A program made the position numbers and the translations under genes. From Octopus bimaculoides (lineage: Eukaryota): a stretch of DNA of 40,302 bases. Of the stretch, positions 21,956 through 34,130 are shown one piece after another (within the stretch, counting starts at the first letter, position 1; every line of letters begins with the position of its first letter). The stretch spans positions 52,354,006-52,394,307 of the forward strand of contig NC_068990.1 in assembly GCF_001194135.2 (NCBI RefSeq), read 5' to 3'. A model generated the notes under the pieces. It saw only the letters and a list, made by a program, of their open reading frames with translations. It was not told where the DNA came from and did not search any database.

Positions 21956-23597
21956 ATACATGTACACACACATACACTCACATATACATATGTTCTTTGT
22001 TAAATAATATAGACATAAGTTTAAGGAAATTACAAATTAATTTTCTTACACTAAATGACTGTTTTAATAAAGGAATCCCCCTCTCTTATTGATAAAACTG
22101 CTAAAATGTTAGCAGTGCCATAATGTCAATGGTGGCAAACAAAATAAACTGCTTTGTAAGCCCATACTACTGTTGGGAAGCACATACTCTAGGCTACTAA
22201 ATTATTTAACATTGTCTGAAAGTAACAGGTCAGTTCCATTTGTCTTACAATGTAGTAAATGTAAAGATGATCATCTGTGTTTTAATTAAAAAAAAAAAAA
22301 AATCACATTTCATACATAGCAGTAAAACAATGTAAATCTGTTTGACCATGTTTTCTTGACAGAATCTTTCTAGGAGACCTTATTGTGATAAGCCAGTATA
22401 AAACAATTATCTTTTGCATAATCTAAATAATGAAGACCTTTTCTCTTTCCTCTAATCGAAATGCTTATTGAAATAGATTTTGGAAACAAAATTCTTTCTA
22501 TTTTGATTCTTAAATGGAGAAAAAAAAATGTTGAGTACTATAAATAGAAGAAAATGTATAAATGATTTCCACAAGTTGTCCATCAGTGATCTATGGTAAA
22601 TCAGTGGGTATTTTTTAATTTTTTTTTTTACTTGAACTGAATATGTGAGGGCAAATACTAAGTGAAGTTAATCTAAATTATGGTAATCAGTGGAAAATAC
22701 AAATTAGACGATATTCACTGATTGAGCTAAACTAAACATAACCATATTTAATTTACAATAAATGAAGCACTTCCTTTCTTAGTTGTAATACCTCCTATTA
22801 TATTAACACTTTATAGTTGGAATAACATTTGGTATTTATTTTTCAATATAATTTTATTTTTTGTAGTGTTCCTCGCTACATCTAATGGTACACCATGTAG
22901 GAACCACAGCAAGATATCGCAAACTAACTACGAAAACAAGAAAGGGAAATATCCATGAAGCAAAGAGAACAAGCATCTCTTTCAACTTGTTTTACTAAAT
23001 TGAGGGTTTCAAATTTAATTTATACTACACACAGTATACCAAAGAATCAACTGGAAATTGGGGAGAAAAACATTTTATAACTGATTTGAGTATATATTAC
23101 ACTGTTTGAAATTCTTTATAACAAAGAATCACAAGAATAATATTAAACTATAACACTATACACCCTATATCAATAAACCAATGTAAAACTAACCAATACA
23201 ATATTAGTGAGGTATTTTAAATAATTTTTTCAATATATCAATCATTGCTTCCACTCCTGGAGAAATTGAGCTGCCATCACTTCTAAATCAATCATGATGC
23301 CTTCATATCTATAATTCCCATACTGTAAATATTTTATAGAATTAGGCATTACCAAACATAAGCACTATTCCTAATTTATAGATCCTTTATTAGGAATTGA
23401 GATGTGACAATAAAAAGGATAAAAATTCATCAACAAGATTTAATTCAGAATAGGCAAGGACCTGTATTCATTATGCTAAAAGAAAAAAAATTCTAATTTA
23501 CCAAACTTCTCAAATGCATCCTTACAATAGTAACAATATCACTTTTATTTTAGAGGTATTTCAGACAATTTAATTCAAAGAAAAAAATCTGTTGAAG

Positions 23598-23662
23598 CTT
23601 AGGGTTAATTCAACCCTTAACAAGAATTGAAACTTAAGGTTAATTTAACCCTTAACAAGAAT
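23598..23662. repeat. 35-bp tandem duplication; each unit holds a short palindrome (A/G)GGTTAATTyAACCCTT
   Basis: cttagggttaattcaacccttaacaagaat (23598) and cttaaggttaatttaacccttaacaagaat (23633). Confidence 0.8.
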
Positions 23663-26073
23663 ATCCAAAACTTGTATTTAACATGTCTTGAAATTTATCC
23701 AAATTGTTTTACATTTTAACCACAAGAGTCTTCCAGGAATTGTTTTAATATTATGTAGTGGACATACAGAAACAGATTGAAGGTGGACAGTGGGCATTGT
23801 TTTTAAGACGTAAATGGAGAATATCAATAGTGTGTAGTTTTTGGGGTTTTTTTTTAAAGAAAATGTAAAGCTAACAACAGAAATTATCCTACAAAAGTAC
23901 AGAGGTAATCAGATTGAATCTAACATTGTTGATAAGTGTTTCTAGCATTCACATATAAAACAGGATCTAAAATAATTTTTTTTTTTTAATATCTGGTTAA
24001 AAAATATAAATTCTGATTGCTAAGAAGGATAACAGTTTCTGGACAAAAGCAGTACCAGCTTCAGTAGAGTTAATTGAATAAAAGACACCTTTCACTTGGA
24101 ATAACAATTATATCACTAAAGCATAAATAATTCACATCAGTATGTTTGATAAATCAACATTAGATGAAATAAACTTTTATAATGTAACTAGTTACTATTA
24201 CTTCAGAAGTAGAATGACATTTTAAATAAGAAAATTTATTCAACAGGATTTTCAAAAGACAAGGAAAACATCCAAGACACTTAAATATTCTTGCCCACAT
24301 GTCCCATTTGTAACCACTAAGAAACACAAATTCATATATTTTAGATAATGATGACAAGTCATTAGCATCTTTTAATCAGCAAAAGTGATCAATTAGTCAA
24401 AATGGAAAATTAACCATACTAAACATAACACATTGATGAAATAGCTGAAGATGGTTACTTGAACCAGGTTTAATAATATACTAATATAGATCTATAAAAT
24501 AATTTTCAGGAATCTAATGTGTGATAATTTATAGAATTAAACCCCATTACTAAACTCAATTTCTTAAAGTGCAGTTTTATAAACATTAATAATCCAATGG
24601 ATCAGAGAAAGAATAATTATGGGTTGAATAAAACAAATTGCATTATTTAAAAAAATTGATAATACTCAAAATGTTGAGGGAAAAAAGACAATAGAATTAA
24701 AATGATTAAATTTAACAAAGGTTTGTAGTATGTTGGTGTGAAACAGGCCTATTTTACTGCCTTCACATTTTAGATAGATCTCATTGTAACTGAGAAGAAG
24801 GAAAATGATTGATTGCATAAAAACAATGATATAAAAGTATTTTAAACAAATGAAAAAATATTTGAAAAAAAAAAAAACAACAAATGAAAGAATATTTAAC
24901 GTTAGCTCAGTTGATGGTGACATCTATTTAAAATGTTACAATAAGTGTTGTTTGCTGCTATTAGGGTTACTTAACAATATTAGAATACCAAGATTAAGTT
25001 AGAAAATAAAAACTATGCTTTCATTTTTTACTGAAATTCCTTTTAGATTCTGTTTGTAACCAAGGGGAAAATAGAAAGCAATTATCAGAGAGAGAGAGAA
25101 GAAAGTAGGAGGGAAAGCAATGATCTTTTTTTTTCTTAACAGTAAAATGTTATCTGGCAAGTATTTTATCAACTTAACTGAAGTGTAACTGGTAACAGTT
25201 TTAACCAACATATAAAGCATTACTGTTCTTTTGTAATGCTTAAATTCCATTAAAAATACAGTATCACATTCTCAAAGACGATACTACACAGAACTAATAT
25301 CATATAAACATTTAGCATAGTTAATATCAGGACATTTATAAATTTGGTAAATATAAACAAACATTCACAAGAAAAATTTGTATTTAAACAAAATTTTTAT
25401 GTGTTTTACAATTAACTTCTATCTGCAGTGTGCTCTTAAGAGTTATGAAACTATCTGGCATCTAGGTCAAAACATGGAAAATTATGCAGTACAGTTGGCC
25501 GATTCTAGCAATAAAAGAAACCTTCAGCTTGAAAGCAAAGAACTAAAATGGACAGAAACTAATTCCTCCCTTCCCCATGTATTACGGTACTTGCAGGATT
25601 CTGTTTAAGATGAAAACATTCAAAATGAGCTAAAAATGTATAAAAATTAATGCAAAACTTGACTGTAAACAAACTAATCACCATTTAATTCACATATGTC
25701 TAGACGAAAAAAAAATAAAATAAATAAATAAATGCAATAGACTTCAAAACAAAGAAAAAATAATGCAAACAAAAATATTAAATACCAATGAAAGCCAAAT
25801 AAAATGTAAATTCAAAGCATTTAAAAATAAATGATTTGCAAATTTATTTGATATATTTGCACAATGTTGCAATTCCTTATTCAATAGAAGTGTAATATGT
25901 CAATTCTGTAATTCCGCACTTAGAAGCAGTTTAAACAACACTATATCAGAGACAAATAAAACCAGTCAGGTAAACACCATTGATTACATTTAAGTGAAAC
26001 AATGAAGAAGTATGCTTGCTAAGAGTATTAAATATTAAATGAATAACTTAAAACAATGTATAGCAGCATATTA

Positions 26074-26285
26074 GGCAGCAAGCTAGCAGAATCATTAGCA
26101 TGCCAGACAAAATGCTTAGTGGCATTTTGTCTATGTTTTGAGTTTAAATTCTATCCAGGTTGACTTTACTTTTTCATCCTTTCAGGGTTGATAAGATAAG
26201 TACCAGTTGAGCACTGGGGTCAATATACCTGACTAACTCCCACTCATAAAATTATCGGCTTTATGTCAATGTGCGAAACCAATAT
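26074..26285 (+). mobile_element. tRNA-like SINE with a conserved central motif
   Basis: Head ggcagcaagctagcagaatc, then tttcatcctttcagggttgataagataagtaccagttgagcactggggtc, a motif I recognise from widespread metazoan SINE cores (exact named domain not determined). Confidence 0.65.
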
Positions 26286-26709
26286 ATAGCAGAATACTAA
26301 TGTATATATTTCCTAAATATTGATACATGAAGTGTCAATAAAGAGTTTAAGGCAATCAGAAATAACTGAAGAACTGCAGTTGTTGATTCAGCAAATTATG
26401 CCACCAAGTTAAGAAATAATGTCAATTCCCAATTGTTATAACCTAATATTGAAACATTTTTGAGTAGGTATTCTGTAATTAGGGTTGATAATCTATTTGC
26501 CTATGTGCTGATCTAATCTTATAGCAACACCCACTGTAAGGCAAGCAAATTAAACCATGACAAAAACCTGTGCAGAGATAGAACAATGAAAATGACAACT
26601 AAAAAGCAAAGCCATTTCAAAGAATTAAAATAACTAACGGAAACTAAAAAAGAAAAAGAAAAAAAAAAGGAAAAAACTATAAAAAAAGACATTGCAACAG
26701 TTTACTTAC

Positions 26710-26765
26710 ACTTCCAGTCCAACTGTCATCATTCCAATCCTCTGGAGATAAGGTATCATTCCAAG
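26710..26765 (-). CDS. UBAP2L: UBAP2/UBAP2L/Lingerer-like internal exon (56 nt): (T)WNDTLSPEDWNDDSWTGS
   Basis: Acceptor tttaacatttcAG, donor GTAAGT; enters phase 1, exits phase 0, in frame with the upstream exons. It resembles the EDW...TGS motif that precedes L.(E/D)TKVFT in Lingerer/UBAP2 proteins. Confidence 0.85.
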
Positions 26766-28708
26766 CTGAAATGTTAAAGATTTTCAACTGAAAAGAAACT
26801 GGTGACATAAAAACAAATTGGCTGGCAAGCTAGGGACAACATGGCTGATTAGACAACCGGTTTGACAAACATGGACAAAAGGTAGTTACATTGGTCAATG
26901 TACAAGATTTTAATTGTTCTTAAATAACTCAATATCTCAAGAGTGAACCATATTTTAATCCAACTGAATGTCTGCCTGATAGAGTAAATTCTAACCATCT
27001 TGGTGATTTGCAAGAACATTGCAAATTTCATAAGTCTAGGAAGTTTTGTTTTAATGTATTATGTAAAAAGGGTACAGCAAACAGCGATGCAGTAGAACGA
27101 ATACAAAATATAAACAAACACAAAAATGCAATTTTAAAATTACAAAAGTAGACATTAACTTCTATGTTGTCAGCAATTTTCTCTACAAGTTTTAAAAGTG
27201 GCTTGAGTTTGAAGTTTTTCTGTTACCTTAGTTTGAAAGTTTACTGTAGCTTCATCCATAATCTTTTATGACAGATCAAATGTCTTGACATTAATCCTTT
27301 TATCATCAAAGTGTCTGATATCAAAGCACTTGAGTTTATCCACTTGAAGCCAATATCAATGTAAATTTTTTTTACTGCATTAATAACATTTTCACTAGAT
27401 ACTTGCTGTACTATGCCTGATATTTTTACTGAAATTTTTGTCCTCTCTATGGGGTATTTTTCAGCACTGCTTTTATTTTTTCAACATTCTTTTGAAAGCT
27501 TCTGATTTAGCAATAGTGATTGAATTCGATTGATTTTTGAAAGTGGTGACAAAAAGCACAATTTCCAAAGGTGGAAGTCAGAAAAATGCTATAATTCAAG
27601 ATAATGAATGGAGTACAAGAATAGTTCCCTTTGAAAAATTTTCAGAAGAAACCAGACATAATCATTAAATAGTTGTTTTTTTATCTTTTCTTATTTCAGC
27701 CAAATCAGTTGTTTCATTTGTAAGCTGCAAAGATATTTATTGGCAGTCAGTGTGCTCGTGACAGCAAACCACAGATAGAAAAATGACACATTTGTAAACA
27801 TCAACAACAGTGACATTGCAGATTGGCTGAATTAAATGAGCTTATCTAACCTATAGAGAAGTAATATATGGTGGTGGGTGACAACTGGTTTGGTATACAG
27901 ATGCATATTATCAATGTTTTGCATACTTTATACTAAATTGGTTACAATCCTCAATTGCTTTGAATAGATATTTGAGTAGATGTTGCAATACAATTGAAGG
28001 CAGGATACTCATAAAAATGTTGAGAGAAAAGGAAAAAAAAAAAATCAATCAGAGGGATAATCTTCTTAATTAAGATGATTTCCACAAAATGGGTGCATGA
28101 ACCTTTAGTGTTAGGAACAACTTAAAGGGTTTAGTATAAGTCTTCTGCGGAAATTTTGTTTCAAAAACTCTTGTAATTATAAGTAAAAAATTAGTGGCAA
28201 GACATTAAACTTTTAAAAAATAATCATGGTGTAAAAGCTTCTATATTTATAGCAAAAATGCCTTTTGTCCATTTGCTTTGAGTAGTGATTACCTCTCAAT
28301 ATTAAATAGAATACTTCAATTGGAATAAATAAAAGTAAAAAGTTAATGGCTTTTATGCTGTGAAGATGATAGGGCCTAATTTCTTCAAGAAAAATATTTT
28401 CACTTCATTCTCTTAGAAGGAATCCTTTTTACTACTGACTCGTTTAGGGCTTATACAAATGAAAACGAAAATGTGTACTTGCTGCATTTCAATATCACTT
28501 TTGAAGTTTCTATTACAAATAGTTCTTTGGAATTTACTCCAAACAGTTATTGGCTTGCCTCAGTAGATCCAAACATGAGCATTGTTGATCTCACTGGTCA
28601 TGGGTTACTGTCTCTTCCACCAGACAAAACTAGTAAGTCTAATGATTAATTTTTGAAAAGTATTGAACATCAGAAACACAAGGGGAAAAGGCAGATCTAG
28701 AAAAATAA

Positions 28709-29055
28709 GATGCAGGCATGGCTGTGTGATTAAGTAGTTTGCTTCCCAAACTTGTGGCTTCAGGTTCAATCTGATTGTGCAGCACCTAGGGCATGCATCT
28801 TGTGTGTACAAGCATGTGTGGGCATTCATGCATGCAGGTATCCTTGTCTTGACACCATGTAATGATTGTAAATGAGCACCACCACCATACAAGCAATGTT
28901 ATCTTCTGTGAAAAACATGTCAACTATGGAGAGATATTGCTTTATTTTGAAACAGACAAGGGCTGGCAATAGGAAGGGTCACCAGCCATAGAAAATTTCA
29001 ATAAAATCCAACTGACCCATGCAAGAACAGCAATGTGGATTTCTGATGATAATGA
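28709..29055 (+). mobile_element. tRNA-derived SINE with RTE-like tail
   Basis: A-box tggctgtgtgatt, B-box-like ggttcaatc, and tail ggcaataggaagggtcaccagccatagaaa...gatgataatga. Confidence 0.75.
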
Positions 29056-29202
29056 ATTGTCAAACAAAGCTATCATATTATCACTAGCTTAGCAATATGA
29101 AAAGGTAAGATCTAGTTTCAAGAGTTCTAGTAACATATGACCATGAGACAAAAAGGTTAAAGGGATTTCAAAAATACAATAAGACAAAAAACCCACACAT
29201 AC

Positions 29203-29291
29203 TTGAATTTTCCTTCTCAGCATTTTCAGCAGTCTCGTTGGTCCAAGTGTCAATTTGTGGACCTTTATCAAACCTCTGATTTCGAAAACTT
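29203..29291 (-). CDS. UBAP2L: UBAP2L-like internal exon (89 nt): (R)SFRNQRFDKGPQIDTWTNETAENAEKENS
   Basis: Acceptor ttttctttttctcaatatAG, donor GTATGT; enters phase 2, exits phase 1; open and in frame with both neighbours. Confidence 0.85.
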
Positions 29292-29543
29292 CTATATTGA
29301 GAAAAAAGAAAAGACATTTCAAATCCAGCACAATTGGTACAGGTTTTAGTTTTGCAGTTATAAAGCTATGTTAAGGTTATTCAGCTCCCAAAACATAATA
29401 TGATTTGTTCAGTTTAACTCCTTCGCCTTCTCATAGATAAAACAATAAACTTCTATATAGGGAAAAAACCTTTGAAAATTACCATACACTCATAAAAACT
29501 GATGGTCATGTATTTGCATATGCTCTGCAATTTTAAAAATACA

Positions 29544-29790
29544 GATGCAGGAATGTGGTTTGGAAGTTCACTTTGTAACCATGAGTGGAATTAGACATGT
29601 CTGTGTGTGAGAGCATCTTCCTCATTGCCTTGAAATTGCATAAAAACTATGTCACTGTCTAAGCAGTAGTGTTTACAATCTGCTATGAAAACATGTCCAG
29701 CCATGAGCTGCTTTTTGTTTGAAGCACTTTACTTTAAAAGAAATTATGGTTGGTGACAAGAAGAGCACAAGGCTGTAGAAAAACTGCCTT
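29544..29790 (+). mobile_element. Decayed tRNA-derived SINE
   Basis: gatgcaggaatgtggtttggaag head and ggttggtgacaagaagagcacaaggctgtagaaa tail, similar to the SINE at 28709. Confidence 0.55.
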
Positions 29791-29895
29791 AATAAATTTA
29801 ATCTAATTCCTTCCAGCACCTGAAAAACTTTGTAATTGTTTTAAAGACAGTTAAAACTGTTCTTTATTATATCAAATTGATTTAACAAAACTTAC

Positions 29896-29923
29896 CGTGG
29901 TCCACGTCCACGCCGACCTACTC
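29896..29923 (-). CDS. UBAP2L: UBAP2L-like 28-nt micro-exon: (G)VGRRGRGP(R)
   Basis: cttttcatttcAG|GAGTAGGTCGGCGTGGACGTGGACCACG|GTAAG; enters phase 1, exits phase 2, linking the flanking exons exactly. Confidence 0.85.
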
Positions 29924-30729
29924 CTGAAATGAAAAGTACAACATACATAAATAAGAAAGAAAACAAACAAGACCACAAGAAAAAAATATTTTTCTTGTGA
30001 AGAGATCCAATTAGTAAAGGTTGGTTAGTTTATTTTCAGAAATATTTCCAGTGTTGACCTGATTTTGGCAGAGAATGAAGTGGAAACATTTTATACATTC
30101 TTCAAAGACCTTGGTACTCTGAAACAGTCACAGAACTTATTGTTGCACTATTGCTGAATCAATACTAGTTCAATACCTTAGATCTCTTATTAAATCTTCT
30201 CTTAGAAGGTCAGTTTGAAGTCTGGCTCACAAATAAATGACAATCTAGTTCCTGCAATCAATTGAGGTAATAATGAGATAACATTTAAGACAATATTAGG
30301 AGATGAAAGTGACTAACAATATTAATTATATCACATGAAAATATAAGTTGGTAGTATGGAAAATGCAAGAGTTTCTAGCATCAGGTCTAATACTACCTGT
30401 AATTACTACCTGAAAAAGTCCTAATACTGAGATTCCAAAATATTAGACTTAGTTTAAATTTAGATTTAGTTCAAGATGTCTCTTCATCTTTATATAGTTA
30501 ACTCTACAATACACACAAAAGTATATATAGCTGCCACGTGTCAAGAAAATAAACTTTTATTTCTTCTAAATGTTGGGATTAGAGATATGGGATTAATACC
30601 TTACAGCAACTATATAGGCCTGTTCTTGATGCTTGCTAAGTGGACTGCGGAAAATGCCATTAGAAAGAACTTTGTTCATTAACTCATTCACTAATAATTT
30701 TCATTCTTTGAAATTAAAAAACAGACTCT

Positions 30730-30960
30730 TCATGGTGTGGATAACATCACAAGAGTAAGTGGAGAAAGAATATTATTGACAAGAGACTGGATAAAGTAAT
30801 TGAGATAATCAGGAATGAGTGACAGAACAATTCAAATTAGACAAGTTGCAGGCAACATAACAGGGATCACTGTGTATGGATCATAATCAAAACTAACACA
30901 GCAAAAAGAGTCATTTTCATGAGGTCCTCTTGCAGGCCACTTCTACAAAGGATAACAGTA
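30730..30960 (+). mobile_element. Very decayed RTE endonuclease fragment
   Basis: Translation pieces ERILLTRDWIK...MSDRTIQIRQVAG...TVYGS*SKLTQQKESF resemble the APE SDRI..L.L / VYAP region. Confidence 0.4.
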
Positions 30961-31145
30961 ATCATGTTATCATAGCATGCTTCTAATGGAAATGTTGGGC
31001 AAATTTTAACAACTACCCCAATAGATATGATACAAAGAATAAAGATCAAACACATGTTATTCTGTAACATCAGGGTAAGAGATAGATCAAGACTGTCAAA
31101 CATACAACAAACAACAACTTTAGAGACACTATTTTCATATTTTAC

Positions 31146-32005
31146 CTTCTTCCTCATCATCATTTAATATCCATTTTCCATACTGGTAAGACAGAGGGCT
31201 ATGCTAAATTTTGTCCGTTTTGGTGTGGTTTCAATGGCTGGATGCCCTTCCTAATGCCAATCACTTTAGATAGTGTACTGGATGCTTTTTTATGACACCA
31301 GTGAAGTCCTCTCAACTGGAGGGGGGAGTATTGTGCCAGATGATGAGAGGTTAAAAGAATGATAGAGGGATAAGAGATAGGTGTCTTGCTGTAGAAGAGT
31401 TACAAGGATACCCTAATTGGAGGAGAAGGGAGGTGAGAAAAATAGAGATGGTGGTGGATATGTATCAGAACATACCCTCAAGGCACAATGGGGGAGAATA
31501 TAGGTGAAGTGAGGATTAGACTGGGTAAGAGACAGAGGGGAAAAGGGAGAAAATTTCATAACATGAGGGGAGGTGCTTAGATGGGATAGAGGTGGTTGCA
31601 ATAACTGAAGGTTAGACATGGGAGTAGATCAGGGAGGGGGCGGGGTTATGTTAGCTATGTGTGGGCATTGAGAGAGCTAACAGATGAAAGAGGTGTAATG
31701 GATGGAGTCTACTAGAGAGGAGAGTATGGCCTGGAGGAAGATAATGAAGAATGGAAGTGGTTCAGTGGGGGGGGGGGCAAGGGAGGGTGCGTATTATGTG
31801 CCTATTCTGCTATTGGGTGATTATGGTAGCTGAATAATATCAGAAATAAAGAAGTGATGAGTTTAAGGAATGAGATGGGAAACTTGACATGGCAGAGAGA
31901 ATGCAGATGGGGCAGAGCTTTGCACATGCAAGCATTTACCAAGGTGGTTTTAGGATATTAATTCTATTGTGGAGAATGGGTTTTCTCAAGCACAGCAAGA
32001 CTTTT
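31146..32005 (-). mobile_element. RTE 3' UTR (pyrimidine-rich on its sense strand) with shared SINE-like tail
   Basis: Reverse complement includes gctgtgcttgagaaaaccc, a long C/T-rich stretch, ggcattaggaagggcatccagcc and ...attaaatgatgatgag. Confidence 0.7.
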
Positions 32006-32487
32006 GTCATCTTGAGATTGGCCCTCAGTGTAAACAAGTTAACTTGGGATTCCTTCACAACAATGTAACCTTCATATAATTAAGGTATTTTCAGCCTGAT
32101 GAGTAGATAGTAGAGTACCCCTCATTGAGTAATTAGTACATCAGAAGATCTGCTAGTTAGGAAACACATGTAGCCTGAATTTTACCTGCTCCAATCCTTC
32201 AATTTGGATTTATATTTGCATTCATAGCAACTCAAGTTGCTAACTGTGAGCAATATAAAAATTTTTTTTCAATTTAATGAACTTTGATACCAGGGAAAAA
32301 CCTACAACCTTCGATGCCAATAAATTGTTATTGCTCCTGAACTTTGTTTTTTTATATATACCACAAACTGTTTGAAGCTTAAAAACTTCCTACACTTAAG
32401 ATTCTTGGATCGTATGATTACATACACACACACACATATATATNNNNNNNNNNNNNNNNNNNNNNNNNNNNNNNNNNNNNNNNNNNN

Positions 32488-32526
<39 letters not shown>

Positions 32527-33004
32527 TTATAGTCAGAGTCAAAGCAGTGAATTTTAGGGACTCTTGAATTTTCTCAACCAAGTAAAAAGAAATGGAATCA
32601 ATAAACTTGAAAGTCAATACAAGTAAAAACATATTAAGATAAGTATCCTTTTCTGTTTCCTCCACCCTCATTAATTTTACCACGTTCATTCACTCAGTAC
32701 TTTGTATTCAAATGTGTTAAGTCAGTCCTTTACCATGTTTCTTTTACTTCTTGCCTTAAATTGTTCTCTTTAATATATTACCCCTCTATCATGAATCTTT
32801 GGGAGCTTGCTTTGATTACTTTCTCTCACTGGTCATGCATTGCAAAGGTGCAATGCACCTACCACTTATACTGGAAAGCTTTCTTACTTTACCCCTTTGC
32901 TAAGTATAACACAGTGAATTTTATCTTCACATACACCCCACAGGCAGAAGAAAAGAAGGGCCATGTCTCTGAGACACTTCTACAGACTACCTGAATCACT
33001 GACA

Positions 33005-33520
33005 GTGACTTCATTGGACATGTTGCCCAACATGATGATGGCTTCCACAACAAACATAGAGGCTATGGTTATGCCTTGAGAAATGAGAAGGGGGTAAAGT
33101 TCCTAGAGTTTTGTGATGCAATTGATCTAACGATATGCAACACACTTTAAGAAACCAACCAACTACCTCATCATCTATCATCATAATCATGGACATTTAA
33201 TGTTTGCTTTCCATGCTCACATGGGTTGGATGGCTTGACAGGAATTAGCAAGGCCAGGGGCTGCACCAGGTTCCATAGTCTGTTTTGGCTTGGTTTCTAT
33301 GGCTGGATGCCCTCCTAACACCAATCTAGCAAACACAAACTGAAGGTGATGTAGTGGTAGAATGACATGGCTGATCATGCTATAAAGGTTAAGAGACAGG
33401 CTTGGAAAACCTGGCAGGAAGGCAATAGGAGGAAGCATTATCAAATGACTAGATGAACAACTAGGCAATAAGTATACTTGACTAGTGGTAAGGCAGAACA
33501 GAAGAGATTTGCACATGTAT
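33005..33520 (+). mobile_element. RTE fragments (endonuclease and linker) interrupted by a minus-strand SINE/RTE tail at ~33172-33325
   Basis: DFIGHVAQHDDGFH...GYGYALRNEKG..FLEFCDAIDLTICNT (APE) and ADHAIKVKRQAWKTWQEG...KAEQKRFAHV, matching VDRAIRQKKQAWKDWKNG...ADKKKFANV in the 1-2706 element. Confidence 0.8.
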
Positions 33521-33789
33521 CATATTGATCCTATAGATACAAATGTTATTGAGAGGTTTTGCAACTGAAACAGAGCAAAGTTTCTTTCAAGAACTGAATT
33601 TCTCACTCAAAAGACTTAATAGGACTGTACATGTACAATGTGGAGATTTTCTCCCATAAAGATGTATGACAGAACATACCTGATGTTCTTTCCTTTGTTA
33701 TTTTTTTAAAATTAAAATAATAATGTATACTGACACTTTCATCCATTTACTCTGGCCTACATTATAAATGTAATTTTAGGAAGTAGACA

Positions 33790-33882
33790 TTGGAGCATGC
33801 TGCAGTCCTTTGACTAGTTGGATCCTGTTGGATTATCCAATCCTGCAAGCATGGAAGACAAATGCTAAATGAAGATGATGAT
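33790..33882 (+). mobile_element. SINE/RTE tail fragment
   Basis: ...ccaatcctgcaagcatggaagacaaatgctaaatgaagatgatgat. Confidence 0.55.
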
Positions 33883-33917
33883 CCTTTCCCACATGCAACA
33901 TCTAGTTTATGCTTTAA

Positions 33918-34130
33918 CCCTTCAGCATTTATACTAGCCATATCCGGCCAAAATATTCTGTTTTATGTTCACACTGTCCAGATCTAGCCTCTCACACCAA
34001 CATAACATCATTCTAAAAATTAATAGCTACCTTATCAAAATCTCAAAGCTACAAGATGATGCATAATTAATTCAAAACAATGTGAATAAAAAAGCATTAC
34101 ATTTGACAAAGTAATCTGAATACTAAAGGG
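33918..34130. mobile_element. piggyBac-type MITE, 213 bp
   Basis: TTAA (33914-33917) CCCTTCAGCATT ... AATACTAAAGGG TTAA (34131-34134): 12-bp TIRs with 2 mismatches and a TTAA target duplication. Confidence 0.85.

Noticed and set aside
22252-22277. 26-nt minus-strand mini-exon candidate (cacAG|ATGATC...CATT|GTAAG)
   Set aside because: In phase 0 it gives MIIFTFTT, which does not match the expected L.(E/D)TKVFT continuation, and there is no supporting neighbour exon.
27150-27460. Minus-strand coding-like stretch (TKISVKISGIVQQVSSENVINAVKKIYIDIGF...)
   Set aside because: It contains frameshifts and stops, has no splice signals compatible with the gene, and I could not assign a family. It is at best an old TE remnant.
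31620-31646. Canonical G-quadruplex motif GGG-9-GGG-1-GGGGG-1-GGGG
   Set aside because: It sits in the antisense of a pyrimidine-rich RTE 3' UTR where G-runs are expected, with nothing locus-specific to support function.
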